Source: an uncultured Gemmataceae bacterium (GTDB lineage Bacteria > Planctomycetota > Planctomycetia > Gemmatales > Gemmataceae). Taken from it: DNA of 64,000 bases. This document shows, one piece after another, positions 52,773 through 63,100 of the stretch (positions are counted from its first letter, which is position 1; every line of letters begins with the position of its first letter). The translations under genes were made by a program, and so were the position numbers. The notes under the pieces are model-generated. The model was not told the DNA's origin and did no database searches. It worked only from the letters and a program-made list of their open reading frames with translations. The DNA lies in NCBI GenBank assembly GCA_963750165.1, contig CAVVPN010000011.1, positions 1,600,001-1,664,000 on the forward strand. Direction: 5' to 3'.

Positions 52773-55430
52773 TCAGCGCGGCTGGCCGGCGGCCTCCGCG
52801 AGCAGGCGCTGCAGCACGTCCAGGTCCACCGGCTTGACGAGGTGCGCATCGAAACCCGCCGCGCACGACTGGCGACGGTCCTCGTCCTGGCCCCAGCCGC
52901 TGATCGCCACCACCAGCGCGCGCGCGAACTGTGGCTGTTGTCGCAACCGCCGCGCCACCTCATAGCCATCCAGCCCCGGCAGCCCCAGGTCGAGCAGCAC
53001 CACCTCCGGCGCGAACGCCGTCGCCGCGGCCAGCGCCCCCGGGCCGTCATGGGCCGTGCGCACCTCGTCGCCCAGCAGTCGCAACAGCAGGGCCAGGCTG
53101 TCCGCGGCATCGCGGTTGTCGTCCACCACCAGCACGCGCCGACCATGACCCGCGCCGACCCGGCCGTTGTCGGCAGGCCGCCCCAGCCCCGCCCCGGGGC
53201 CGACCGCGGCCGGCAGGCGCACGACAAACTCACTCCCCCGACCCGGCCCCGCGCTGTGCGCCTCAACGCTGCCGCCGTGCTGATCCACCAGCGTCTTGAC
53301 CAGCGTCAGGCCGATACCCAGGCCGCCCTGCGCCCGCTCCGAACCGCGGTGCGCCTGGGTAAACAGCTCGAAGACATGCGGCAGCGCCTCGGCCGGGATG
53401 CCGACGCCGTCGTCGCGCACGCGCAGCACCACCTCGCCGCCGGCGCACGCGGCGCTCAGTCCGACGTGGCCGCCCGGCGGCGTATAGCGGGCGCTGTTGT
53501 TCAGCAGGTTGGCGATCACCTGCGCCAGCCGGGTCGGGTCCACGTTCAGGTACACCGGCTCAGGCGGCAGATCGATGGTCAGCGTGTGGCCGGCTGCGTC
53601 CAGCGCCGGCCGGCTGGTCTCCACCGCGTCGCGCACGGCCGCCGCCAGTTCGATGCGCTGTTTTCGCAGCTCGATCTTGCCCTGGGTGATGCGGGCCATG
53701 TCGAGCAGGTCGTCCACGAGCCGTACCATGTGTCGCATCTGCCGCTCCAGCATGGTGCGGGCCGGGGCCAGTTCCTCCGCGCTGGCGTCGTCACGCTTGA
53801 GAATCTCGACGGCGTTGCCAATCGGCGCCAGCGGGTTGCGCAGCTCGTGGGCCAGCGTCGCCAAAAACTCGTCCTTGCGGCGGTCCAGTTCGCGCAGACT
53901 GGCCTCGGCCTCCTTCTGGTCGTGGATGTCGGTGCAGGTGCCGAACCAGTAGACGATGCGGCCCTCGGCGTCGCGCACCGGCACGCCGCGCGTCTTGAAC
54001 CAGCGATACATGCCGTCGGCCCGGCGGATGCGGTACTCCAGGTCGTAGACGCCGCGGTCCTCGACGGCGGCACGCCAGCACGCCAGGGTGCGGTCGCGGT
54101 CGTCGGGGTGCAGGACACTCAGCCAGTTCAGGCCGAGCAGCTCGCGCTCGGGAATGCCGGTGTAACGGCCCCACTGACTGCTGAGGTAGTCGCACTGGCC
54201 GTCGGGCAGATCGGTCCAGACCAGGTTCGGCAGCGCCTCGGCCAGGGTGCGGTAGCGGCGTTCGCTCTCGCGCAGGGCCTCCTCGGCCCGCCGCCGCTCG
54301 CTCACGTCGAGCAGGATGCCGCTCGCCCCCAGCAGGTCGCCGGCCGCGTCGCGCAGGATGCTGCCGCGATCCTCGACCCAGACCACGGCGCCGTTGTCCG
54401 GCCGCACGAAGCGGAACTGACAGAGGTAGCTGCTGCGCTGCTGTAGCGCCTCGATGAGCAGAGCCTGGTAGGCGGGCTGGTCATCGGGGTGGACCAGGTC
54501 CAGGGCGCGGTTGGCGGGACAGAGTTCGCGCGTCCCCGGCGGCAGGCCGAGCACGTCGGCGGCGTTGTCGGACAGCAGCAGGCGGTGGCGGAGGTGGTCG
54601 TGTTCCCAGGCGACCATGCGGGCGGCGCGCAGGGCCAGGGCCAGGCGCTCCTCGGCCCGGTGGGCGGCACGCTCGGCGCGGCGCAGTTCGGTCGTCTCCA
54701 GGACGACACAGGCGGCGCCGAGCAGGCCGCCATCCGGCGTCTGCACCGGGTAGTAGCTGGTCAGCCAGTGCCGCCGTTCGCCGGGGGCGCGTGGCGTCTC
54801 ACCGGCTTCCTCCTGGTTGAGCAGTGGCTTGCCGGTGTCGAGGACCTGGCGCAGTTTCTGGCTCACCGCCGCTGGCAGACCGGGCAGCAGTTGCGCGACG
54901 GTCTTGCCCAGGTGCTCGTCGGCGGGCAGGCCGTTGATGTCCGCCAGGGCGGGGTTGACGCGGGCGAAGCGCAGTTCGAGATCGAAGAAGCCGACGCCAA
55001 CCGGGGCGTTGGTGACCAGGGCGTCGAGCAGGGCCAGGGCCTCGGTGGACTGGCGCTGACGGACCTCGGCCTCGGCGGAGAGGTTCTGGGCGCGCTGTCG
55101 GGCGCGGCGCAGGGCCGTGCCGAACGCCAGGACGACGGCACAGGCGAGGAAGTACGTGGCCACGCCGAGGGAGCCGGCCCGCTCCTTCAGAGCGAACACG
55201 CCGCGCGGCTCGATCAGCAGCCAGCTGACGCCGTACAGGCCGAGCAGCGCCGTCAGCACCCCCGGCCCCAGGCCGCCGTACCAGACGGCGACGGTTATGG
55301 CCGCGAAGACCAGGGCGAAGGGGAAGCCGCGGCCCACGAGTGGGTCGAGCGCCAGGCGGACCAGAACGGCCAGGGCAGCACAGCCGGCAGCGACGCCGTA
55401 GCGCGTCAGGAAAGAGCGGGGAGCCTGCAT
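52773..55430 (-). CDS. Hybrid sensor histidine kinase (DUF4118-like TM, 3 PAS, HisKA, HATPase, receiver)
   Basis: FLATLAHELRNPL, NLLNN, DDGVGI, GGLGIGL, VLVVDDN..LLDLGLP..KP. Confidence 0.95.
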   Translation of the reverse strand: MQAPRSFLTRYGVAAGCAALAVLVRLALDPLVGRGFPFALVFAAITVAVWYGGLGPGVLTALLGLYGVSWLLIEPRGVFALKERAGSLGVATYFLACAVVLAFGTALRRARQRAQNLSAEAEVRQRQSTEALALLDALVTNAPVGVGFFDLELRFARVNPALADINGLPADEHLGKTVAQLLPGLPAAVSQKLRQVLDTGKPLLNQEEAGETPRAPGERRHWLTSYYPVQTPDGGLLGAACVVLETTELRRAERAAHRAEERLALALRAARMVAWEHDHLRHRLLLSDNAADVLGLPPGTRELCPANRALDLVHPDDQPAYQALLIEALQQRSSYLCQFRFVRPDNGAVVWVEDRGSILRDAAGDLLGASGILLDVSERRRAEEALRESERRYRTLAEALPNLVWTDLPDGQCDYLSSQWGRYTGIPERELLGLNWLSVLHPDDRDRTLACWRAAVEDRGVYDLEYRIRRADGMYRWFKTRGVPVRDAEGRIVYWFGTCTDIHDQKEAEASLRELDRRKDEFLATLAHELRNPLAPIGNAVEILKRDDASAEELAPARTMLERQMRHMVRLVDDLLDMARITQGKIELRKQRIELAAAVRDAVETSRPALDAAGHTLTIDLPPEPVYLNVDPTRLAQVIANLLNNSARYTPPGGHVGLSAACAGGEVVLRVRDDGVGIPAEALPHVFELFTQAHRGSERAQGGLGIGLTLVKTLVDQHGGSVEAHSAGPGRGSEFVVRLPAAVGPGAGLGRPADNGRVGAGHGRRVLVVDDNRDAADSLALLLRLLGDEVRTAHDGPGALAAATAFAPEVVLLDLGLPGLDGYEVARRLRQQPQFARALVVAISGWGQDEDRRQSCAAGFDAHLVKPVDLDVLQRLLAEAAGQPR

Positions 55431-55656
55431 GCGGACGCCTCGTGGTGTCGTCTCGGAGAAGTTCCGACGTGGGGCAAAACGGCCCGGGTGCCGGCGAACT
55501 GCGAGTCCCGGTTCCCTCCAGTGTACTTATAGCGCTCGGGGAAAGCACGTCCAGGAGAAACAGTCATTTTGACTGGATCCCTGCCAACGTTCCCTTTTCC
55601 CTGGCGTTCGCGGCACCGATCAGCTAAAGAATAACTGGAGCGGTTGGCGTTTGGGG

Positions 55657-55713
55657 GTAGCGGAAGTCGCCAGACTTCCGAAGCCGCCACGGAAGTCTGG
55701 CGACTTCCGCTAC
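55657..55713. repeat. GTAG-footed REP doublet, family A copy 3
   Basis: GTAGcggaagtcgccagacttccgaagccgccacggaagtctggcgacttccgCTAC. Confidence 0.85.
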
Positions 55714-55765
55714 GAACAGACCGCTACACCCGACCGCGATGCGCACTAGCGGGCGCCGGTTTGTC

Positions 55766-55934
55766 CGCTTCGCCGACGCGGCTACCGGGCGTCCGCTTCG
55801 GCAGCCACTTCCCGCGCCTGGCCCAGGCCGCCGACCGCCTCAGTGTGATCCGCTCGCTGGTCCACGGCGACGGCGACCACACGGCGGCGGCCGCGCTCTT
55901 GCAGGCGTTGGAGGAGGAGAAGCGCCAGCCATGA
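55766..55934 (+). pseudogene. DUF1501-like internal fragment
   Basis: PTRLPGVRFGSHFPRLAQAADRLSVIRSLVH..GDH with no flanking parts of the gene. Confidence 0.55.
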
Positions 55935-55988
55935 CCGTATCAGCAGAGCAGTCGCCTGCACCACGGAAGCGAACCCCCAGGTGTACAA

Positions 55989-57245
55989 ATGCGTGACAAT
56001 ACGTGCTGCCTCTTTCTGATCGGTCTGACCGTCACAGTACTGGCGGGGGCCCCCGCCGTGGCCGTCCAGGAAAAATCAGACGACACGCCATCTGCCAGGG
56101 CTGACCTGGGCAGCCTGTTCCCGCAGGTGCAGAAACTCGCGGAAGCGCGGCGCTACGAATGGTCTTTCCTGAGCGGCAAGTTCAAAACCTTCCCGGAATT
56201 CCAGGCCGCCGCGCGGGCCAGGGTGTTCGAACTGTTGCAGTACCGCCCCGAACAGGTCGCGCCGCAGGCGGAGGTGCTGGAGCGCGTGGACTGCGGCGAC
56301 CACCTCCGCGAAACAGTCGTTTTCAACACGTCGCCGATCTTCCGCGTGCCGGCTTACGTGCTGATTCCCAAGGGCCTCAAGGGCAAGGCTCCGGCCGTGG
56401 TCGATCTGCACTCGCACGGCGGCATGTACGTCTTCGGCAAGGAAAAGGTCGTGGACCTGGGCAAGAACCATCCGGCCATGACCGCGTATCACCAGCAGAA
56501 CTACGACGGTCGGCCGACCGCCACCGCCCTGGTGCGCCGCGGTTACGTCGTCATCACCATTGACGCCTTCGGCTTCGGCGACCGCCGCGTGCTGCTCGAC
56601 GCCGACCGCAAGAAGTACGGCACCGATCGCTCCAAATACACCCTGGACGATGTGAAAACCCTCAATCAGCAGTGCCGCGTCAAGGAAGCGACGCTGGTCA
56701 AGGGCCTGACCTTCGCGGGCGCCACCTGGACGGGCGTCGTCGCCTGGGACGACCTGCGCACCGTGGATTACCTGGCGAGCCGGCCCGAGGTCGATGCGAA
56801 ACGCATTGGCTGCCTGGGCATCTCGATGGGCGGCTATCGCGCCCTGTACCTGTCGGCCCTGGACGAGCGCATCCGGGCCGGTTGTGTCGTCGGCTTCATG
56901 TCGTCGGTGCGGCCGATGATCCGCGGTCACCTGGACACGCACTCGTTCGTGCATTTTCTGCCGGGGCTGCACCAGTCGCTGGACCTGCCGGACGTGGCCT
57001 CGCTGACGGCGCCGCGGGCGCTGCTGGTGCAGCAATGCGCCCAGGACCGCCTGTTCCCGCTGGAGGGCATGAAGTCGTCGGTGGACACCATCGCCCGGGT
57101 CTACGAGAAGGCGGGCGCGAAGGACCAGTTTACGGGCCGCTTCTACGACGTGCCGCACCGCTTCACGCTGGCCATGCAGGACGACGCCTTCGCCTGGCTG
57201 GACCGGCAGCTGGGGCACCGGCCGCCGAAGAAAAAAGCTCCCTGA
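55989..57245 (+). CDS. Exported alpha/beta hydrolase (dienelactone hydrolase / acetyl xylan esterase-like)
   Basis: VPAYVLIP, LHSHGG, GISMGG nucleophile, D.LFP, PHRF. Confidence 0.9.
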   Translation: MRDNTCCLFLIGLTVTVLAGAPAVAVQEKSDDTPSARADLGSLFPQVQKLAEARRYEWSFLSGKFKTFPEFQAAARARVFELLQYRPEQVAPQAEVLERVDCGDHLRETVVFNTSPIFRVPAYVLIPKGLKGKAPAVVDLHSHGGMYVFGKEKVVDLGKNHPAMTAYHQQNYDGRPTATALVRRGYVVITIDAFGFGDRRVLLDADRKKYGTDRSKYTLDDVKTLNQQCRVKEATLVKGLTFAGATWTGVVAWDDLRTVDYLASRPEVDAKRIGCLGISMGGYRALYLSALDERIRAGCVVGFMSSVRPMIRGHLDTHSFVHFLPGLHQSLDLPDVASLTAPRALLVQQCAQDRLFPLEGMKSSVDTIARVYEKAGAKDQFTGRFYDVPHRFTLAMQDDAFAWLDRQLGHRPPKKKAP

Positions 57246-57289
57246 CGCCCAACCGCGCCAGCTTTCAACCATCCCGCGGAGCGCGAGCG

Positions 57290-58591
57290 ATGCAAGTCAA
57301 ACTCATCACCCTGGACCCCGGCCATTTTCACGCGGCGCTGGTGCAAAAGGAAATGTACGCCAACGTCAATCCCCGCGTCCACGTCTACGCGCCGCTGGCC
57401 GCCGACCTGGTGGCGCACCTGAACCGCATCGCCGGCTTCAACACCCGCCGCGAGCAGCCGACCACCTGGGAGCTGGAGGTCCACGCCGGGCCGGATGCGT
57501 TGCCGCGGTTGCTGGCGGAGCGGCCCGGCAACGTCGTCGTGCTCTCCGGCCGCAACCGCCACAAGATCGACTACCTTCACGCCGCTGTCAACGCCGGCCT
57601 GCACGTCCTGGCTGACAAGCCCTGGGTCATCACGCCCGACGACTTGCCGAAACTGCAAGCCGCCCTCAACACCGCCGACGCCAACGGCCTCATCGCCTAC
57701 GACATCATGACGGAGCGTTACGAGGTCACGTCCATCCTGCAAAAAGCGCTGGTCAACGACGAGGCCACCTTCGGTACGCCGCTACCCGGGACCGCGGACG
57801 AGCCCGGCGTTTACATGGAGAGCGTCCACTTCCTGATGAAGACCGTCGCGGGCGTGCCGCTGCGGCGGCCGGCGTGGTTCTTCGACACCACGCAGCAGGG
57901 CGAGGGCCTCACCGACGTGGGCACGCACCTCGTCGATCTCGTGGCGTGGATGCTCTTCGCCGGCCAACCGCTGGACGCCGGCCGCGACGTGCAGATCGAC
58001 GCCGCGAAGCGCTGGCCGACGGTGTTGACGGCGGCGGACTTTCAGCGCGTGACCGGCGAGGCGGAGTTTCCGGCGGGGCTGGCGGCGAATGTGCGCGACG
58101 GCAAATTGGATTATTTCTGCAACACGCAGGTGGCGTATCGGCTGCGCGGCGTCCATGTGAAGCTGGACGTGCTCTGGGACTACGAGGCGGCGCCCGGCGC
58201 CGGCGATACCCACCTGGCCGTCTTCCGTGGCAGCCGGGCGCGCGTTGAGGTGCGGCAGGGCAAGGACGAAAACTATCGGCCGGAGTTGTTCGTGGTGCCG
58301 AACGGCGCCGGCGACCTGGCCGCGGTGGAGACGGCGCTCGGGCGCAAGGTGCAGCAGTTGCAGGCGGACTTCCCGGGCGTCGCGGTGCAGCGGCAGCAGG
58401 GCCGGTGCTGGGTGACGATCCCGGAGCGCTACCGCGTCGGCCACGAGGCGCACTTCGGCGACGTGACGCGGCAGTTCCTGCGCTACCTGGAGAACCCGAA
58501 GGCGCTGCCGGCGTGGGAGAAGTCGAACATGCTGGCGAAATACACGGTCACGACGCGCGGCGTGCAGCGCAGCCAGCAGACGGGTGGTTGA
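57290..58591 (+). CDS. Gfo/Idh/MocA-like oxidoreductase
   Basis: LITLDPGHFHAALVQK, HVLADKP, DIMTERYE, DVGTHLVD, GHEAHF. Confidence 0.85.
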   Translation: MQVKLITLDPGHFHAALVQKEMYANVNPRVHVYAPLAADLVAHLNRIAGFNTRREQPTTWELEVHAGPDALPRLLAERPGNVVVLSGRNRHKIDYLHAAVNAGLHVLADKPWVITPDDLPKLQAALNTADANGLIAYDIMTERYEVTSILQKALVNDEATFGTPLPGTADEPGVYMESVHFLMKTVAGVPLRRPAWFFDTTQQGEGLTDVGTHLVDLVAWMLFAGQPLDAGRDVQIDAAKRWPTVLTAADFQRVTGEAEFPAGLAANVRDGKLDYFCNTQVAYRLRGVHVKLDVLWDYEAAPGAGDTHLAVFRGSRARVEVRQGKDENYRPELFVVPNGAGDLAAVETALGRKVQQLQADFPGVAVQRQQGRCWVTIPERYRVGHEAHFGDVTRQFLRYLENPKALPAWEKSNMLAKYTVTTRGVQRSQQTGG

Positions 58592-58652
58592 GCACCCCAC
58601 TTGTCGTTTCGCGCGGGCTGCCGGTCTCCGGAACCCCGCTCGTCAAACATCG

Positions 58653-59686
58653 TCACCTGCCCATCAGCCGTTGCAGGATGTACATTTCCAGCCCCTCGTA
58701 GTCGCGCCGGCTGCGGAATTCCTCGACCGTATCCATCTCGACAGTGCGGACGACATCGAGTATGTGCAGGAACATCGCCCGGCTGTTGGCCAGGTGGCGG
58801 GTCTGCTCCTCGACGCGCGTGGTGCGCATCGCCTTGACATCCAGGCCGATGCAGCCCTGGTAGCCGGCGCGGTCCAGCACCCAGACGGTGTTGAACGCCC
58901 GCCGCAGATCCACCGAGCCGAACACCTTGTCCTGGTCGTATTTCAACCCGTTCTGGTCGTTCAGGTGGACGCTCCACAATTTACCGTGCCACAGCGCGGT
59001 GGCCATGTCCTCTGACGGGTCCAGGCCCGCCAGGATCGAGTGCGCCGACTCGATCAACACACCCGACCGGCTCGGGTCCACCGTGCGGTAGCACAGCGCC
59101 AGGAAGTGGCCCGGCGTCGGCAGATAGGACTGGTCCATCGGCTCGTTCGGCTTCATCTCGCCCAGAATGCGGACATTGCGGTCGTACTCCAGCAGCACGT
59201 TGACCGCGCTGACAATGCGGTCGATGGCCGTCAGCGGGCATTTCGCCTCGCGGATGTACGTCCCCTCGCGCGCAGCCAGAGCACCAGGTCGCGCGTGCTC
59301 ATCTGGTTGGCGATGTCGATGGCGCGTTTGGAACGGTCGAGGGCGTAGGTGCGGTGGGCGGCGCTGTTGGCGGTGAAGGCGCCGTCGATGGTGTTGGGGT
59401 GCTCCCACAGCCGCGGCGCGATGAACTCACAGAACAGCCCCTCGTCGTCCAGGATTTTCTTGACCTCGGCCACGCCGCGCTGTGTCGCCGGCGCGTCCAG
59501 GTCAGCCGGCACCACGTCGTCGTCGTGGAACTGCACGCCGTCGAAGCCCAGTTTCTTGTACTCGCGCAGTTTCAGCGCGAAGGCGATGTCCGGGCGCACC
59601 GGCGGGCCGAACGGATCGGCTCCGGTGCTGATGTTCCACGGGCCGAAGGTAAACCGGTACGGGGTCAGTCGTGTGGAAAGCGCCAT
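58653..59686 (-). CDS. xylA: Xylose isomerase-like TIM barrel; frameshift near 59270
   Basis: FTFGPW, FHDDD, W..REG, E.KPNEP, E.AH, HLNDQ..KYDQD across ORFs 59231-59686 and 58653-59408. Confidence 0.75.
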
Positions 59687-59798
59687 TCAAGTTTTCTCCG
59701 CAGAAGGCCGATAATTGTTGTTAAAGTTTTTCCGGAATGGCCGTGCCGGGTCGCCCAGGGAACCCCCCGGCGGCGGCGTTCCTCAACTCAGGTGCGTT

Positions 59799-60002
59799 GT
59801 GAACCGCTGGACCATTTCGTGTGAGAGTTGCGACTGCCAGTGGACGGTGGCGCGTCCGTATTCGCTCTACGAGCAGCAGTCGTTGGAGTCGCGCCCATGC
59901 CCGGCGTGCGGGGCCTGCACCCTCAGTTGCCCCGAACCGGGGCCGGCGCTGTCGCAGCGTCCCGTGCCCCACTGGCCGCCGCGGCTGGCGCGGGCGGGCT
60001 GA
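59799..60002 (+). CDS. Small Cys-rich zinc-ribbon protein
   Basis: CESCDC..CPACGAC; AGGT RBS-like element before GTG. Confidence 0.55.
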   Translation: MNRWTISCESCDCQWTVARPYSLYEQQSLESRPCPACGACTLSCPEPGPALSQRPVPHWPPRLARAG

Positions 60003-60145
60003 GGGATATTGTAGTGTCCGTTACAACATTGGCAGCGAAGAAAACGACCCCCAGATCCCACGCAATGCCGAAACCGTTCGCTCAGGTTTTGCTCGTTTCA
60101 GCCGTGCAATTAAAAGGGCAATAGCGTGATAAAAGGGAGTGGGGG

Positions 60146-63100
60146 TCACTTCTCCTTGTTGACAAAATGCCGGACGGTCAGGGTATAAGCACCGCTGCCG
60201 CGCTGCTGGAAGGACGTGGCCACCAGGCGGTAGGTGCCGTCCGCCGGCGCCGTGAAGAACAGCCGGGAGTTCAGGTTGACGCCGGGTGTGATGTCGTCGT
60301 TCTCGGCCAGCACTTTCCCCTTGGCGTCTTGCACCTTCAGGAAGGTGTCGAATTGCGCACTCTCCAGGTCGATGAGGTATGCCTGGCCGGTTCGTAACTT
60401 CACCTCCTGCACGCGCTCCCGATCCCTGGCCGTCAAGTTGCCGGGGAAGCATTCCGTGCGGACCTTGGCCATCAAATCCTCGGCGAGCTGCTTCACGTCG
60501 GCCCACAACTTGGCCCAGGATTGCCGCTCTTCTGCCGACAGGTTGGCCCGCTCTTTGGCGTCACGGAAGGCTGCAAACGCTGGCTCCTGTTGCCAGGCGG
60601 CCGGGATGGTCAGCAACCCGAGCAATGCCTTGTGGTCGCGGGCCTGGAAGCGTTTGGCCCACTGTTGCAGGTCGGCTTGCAGCCAGGCGCGGGCCTGGGC
60701 GCGAAGTTTGGCCCGATTCTCATCCGTGAGCTGGCCGGGGTCGCGGCCCTTGCCGGATGCGGCCAGTGCGGCGGCGCGGGCGGCCTGATTGCGGTGGCCC
60801 TGGTTCAGGTCTTCTGCCAGTGTCGGATGGGCGGTAAAGGCGATGGCGTAGAGCCTGGAGGCGGTGGCATGGTACTGCTTGAGACGGCACAGGAGGATCA
60901 GTTGCAGCAGTTCCTGGGACTTGCCAGGGGGCTTGCCCTGTGCGAGGTAGAGGTTGAGCTTGCCTTCGAGCGCCAGGAGCTGGTCGCAGAATTGTAGTTG
61001 CTGCTGAGCGAGTTTCTGAGAGGGATGCCCAGGAGGGAGCAATTTCAGGTACTGATGGGACGCTTCGCGCGCTTCGGCGAACTGCCCGAGCTGAAGGAGG
61101 GCGATCCCCAGGCCCTGGTGAGGTTGGGCGTAGTTGGGGTCGAGGCGGATGGCCTCCCGGTAGGCGGTGATGGCGCCGACCAGGTCGTTTTTGTCGCGCA
61201 GGGCGTTCCCCAGGCCGTTGCGGGGCAGGGCGTAGTTGGGGTCGAGGCGGATGGCTTCCTGGTAGGCGGCGATGGCGCCGTCCAGGTCTTTCTTGTCGTG
61301 CAGGGCGTTCCCCAGGCCGTTGTGGGGGAAGGCGAATTTGGGGTCGAGGCGGATGGCCTCCCGGTAGGTGGCGATGGCGGCGTTCAGGTACTTCTTGTCG
61401 CGCAGGGCGTTCCCCAGGTTGTTGTGGACTTCGGCGTCTTTGGGGTCGAGGCGGATGGCTTCCCGGTAAGCGGCAATGGCGCCGTCCAGGTCTTTCTTGT
61501 CGCGCAAGGCATTCCCCAGGCCGTGGTAGGGGAAGGCCTCGCTGGGGTCGAGGCGGGTAGCATCTTTGAAGGCGGCGATGGCGCCGCCCACGTCCCCCTT
61601 GTCGCGCAGGGCAACGCCGAGGTTGTTGTGGGCCTTGGCAAACCTGGGGTCGAGGCGGATGGCCTCCCGGTAGGCGGCGATGGCGGCGTTCAGGTTCTTC
61701 TTCTCGCGCAGGGCGTTCCCCAGGTTGTAGAAGGCCAGGGAATTTTCGGGGTCGAGGCGGATGGCCTCCCGGTCGGCGGCAATGGCCCCGTCCAGGTCTT
61801 TCTTGTCGCGCAGGACGTTCCCCAGATTGAAGTGGGCCAGAGCGTACTTGGGGTCGAGGCGGATGGCCTTCCGGTAGGCGGCAATGGCCCCATCCAGGTC
61901 TTTCTTGTCGCGCAGAGCGTTCCCCAGGCCGTTGTGGGGGAGGGCATACTTGGAGTCAAGGCGGATGGCCTCCCGGTAAGCGGCAATGGCCCCGTCCAGG
62001 TCTTTCTTGTCGCGCAGGGCGTTCCCCAGGTTGTTGTGGGCGTAAGCGTAGTTGGGGTCGAGGCGGATGGCTTCCTGGTAGGCGGCAATGGCCCCGTCCA
62101 GGTCTTTCTTGTCGCGCAGGGCGTTCCCCAGGTCGTTATGGGCAAGGACGAAGCTGCGGTCGAGGCGGATGGCCTCCCGATAGGCGGCGATGGCCCCGTC
62201 CAGGTCCTGCTTGTTGCGTAAAACGTTTCCCAGGAAGAAGTGGGGTAAAGCCAATTTGGGGTCGATCTTGATGGCCCCGCGGAAAGCGGCGAAGGCGCCA
62301 GCCTGGTCCCCCTTGTCGCGCAAGGCATACCCCAGGCCGATGTGGGACGGGACGAATTTGGGGTCTCGGCGGATGGATTCCCGGAAGACGGCAATGGCGC
62401 CGTCCAGGTCTTTCTTGCTATGCAGGGCAACCCCCAATCCGCAAAGGCTAATGGCATTTTTGGGCTCAAGGTGGATGGCATCCTGGAAGGCGGCAATGGC
62501 CCCCTCCAGGTCCTTCTTTTGGTGCAAAGCAATTCCCAGGTCAAATCGCGCCGCAACATTGAGCGGACGAATCGCGACCGCCGCCTGAAACCACCGCACC
62601 CCGTCCTCCGCACCCTCCCGCTGGGTGATCGAGTAGTGTGAAATGCCCAGCTCCATGTTCAGCGTCAAGTCCCTCGGGTGGGCCCGTTGCGCGGCCTGTA
62701 GCACCGCCCGCCGCCGCAATGCGGGAATCTGCCGGTCCTGACCCAGGGCGGCCGCGAAGCGCGGGGGCTGGGCCAACGCCTCGGGGCGTCCGGCCAACTC
62801 CACCAACCGCTTCCCATCCCTGGCCGCCAGCGCATCGCGCACGGATTCCCGGTACGGATTCGGGTCGGCCTCCCGCAGCACCGCGCGCACCCACGCCGTC
62901 GGTTCGGCCAGCAGCCACAGGTCCAGCACCAGCAACAGCCGGTCCCGCAGCACGGACCCGTCAATTCGGGCGGCAGCTTCTCTCCCCGACTCCTGCCCGG
63001 CCGCCAACCCGTAGTCCGCCAGTGCCGCCCGCCAGCGCGACGCCACCGCCTTCGGCTCGGGTAACTTGTTCTCGACGAACGTCCAGCGGAACGTGTCGAT

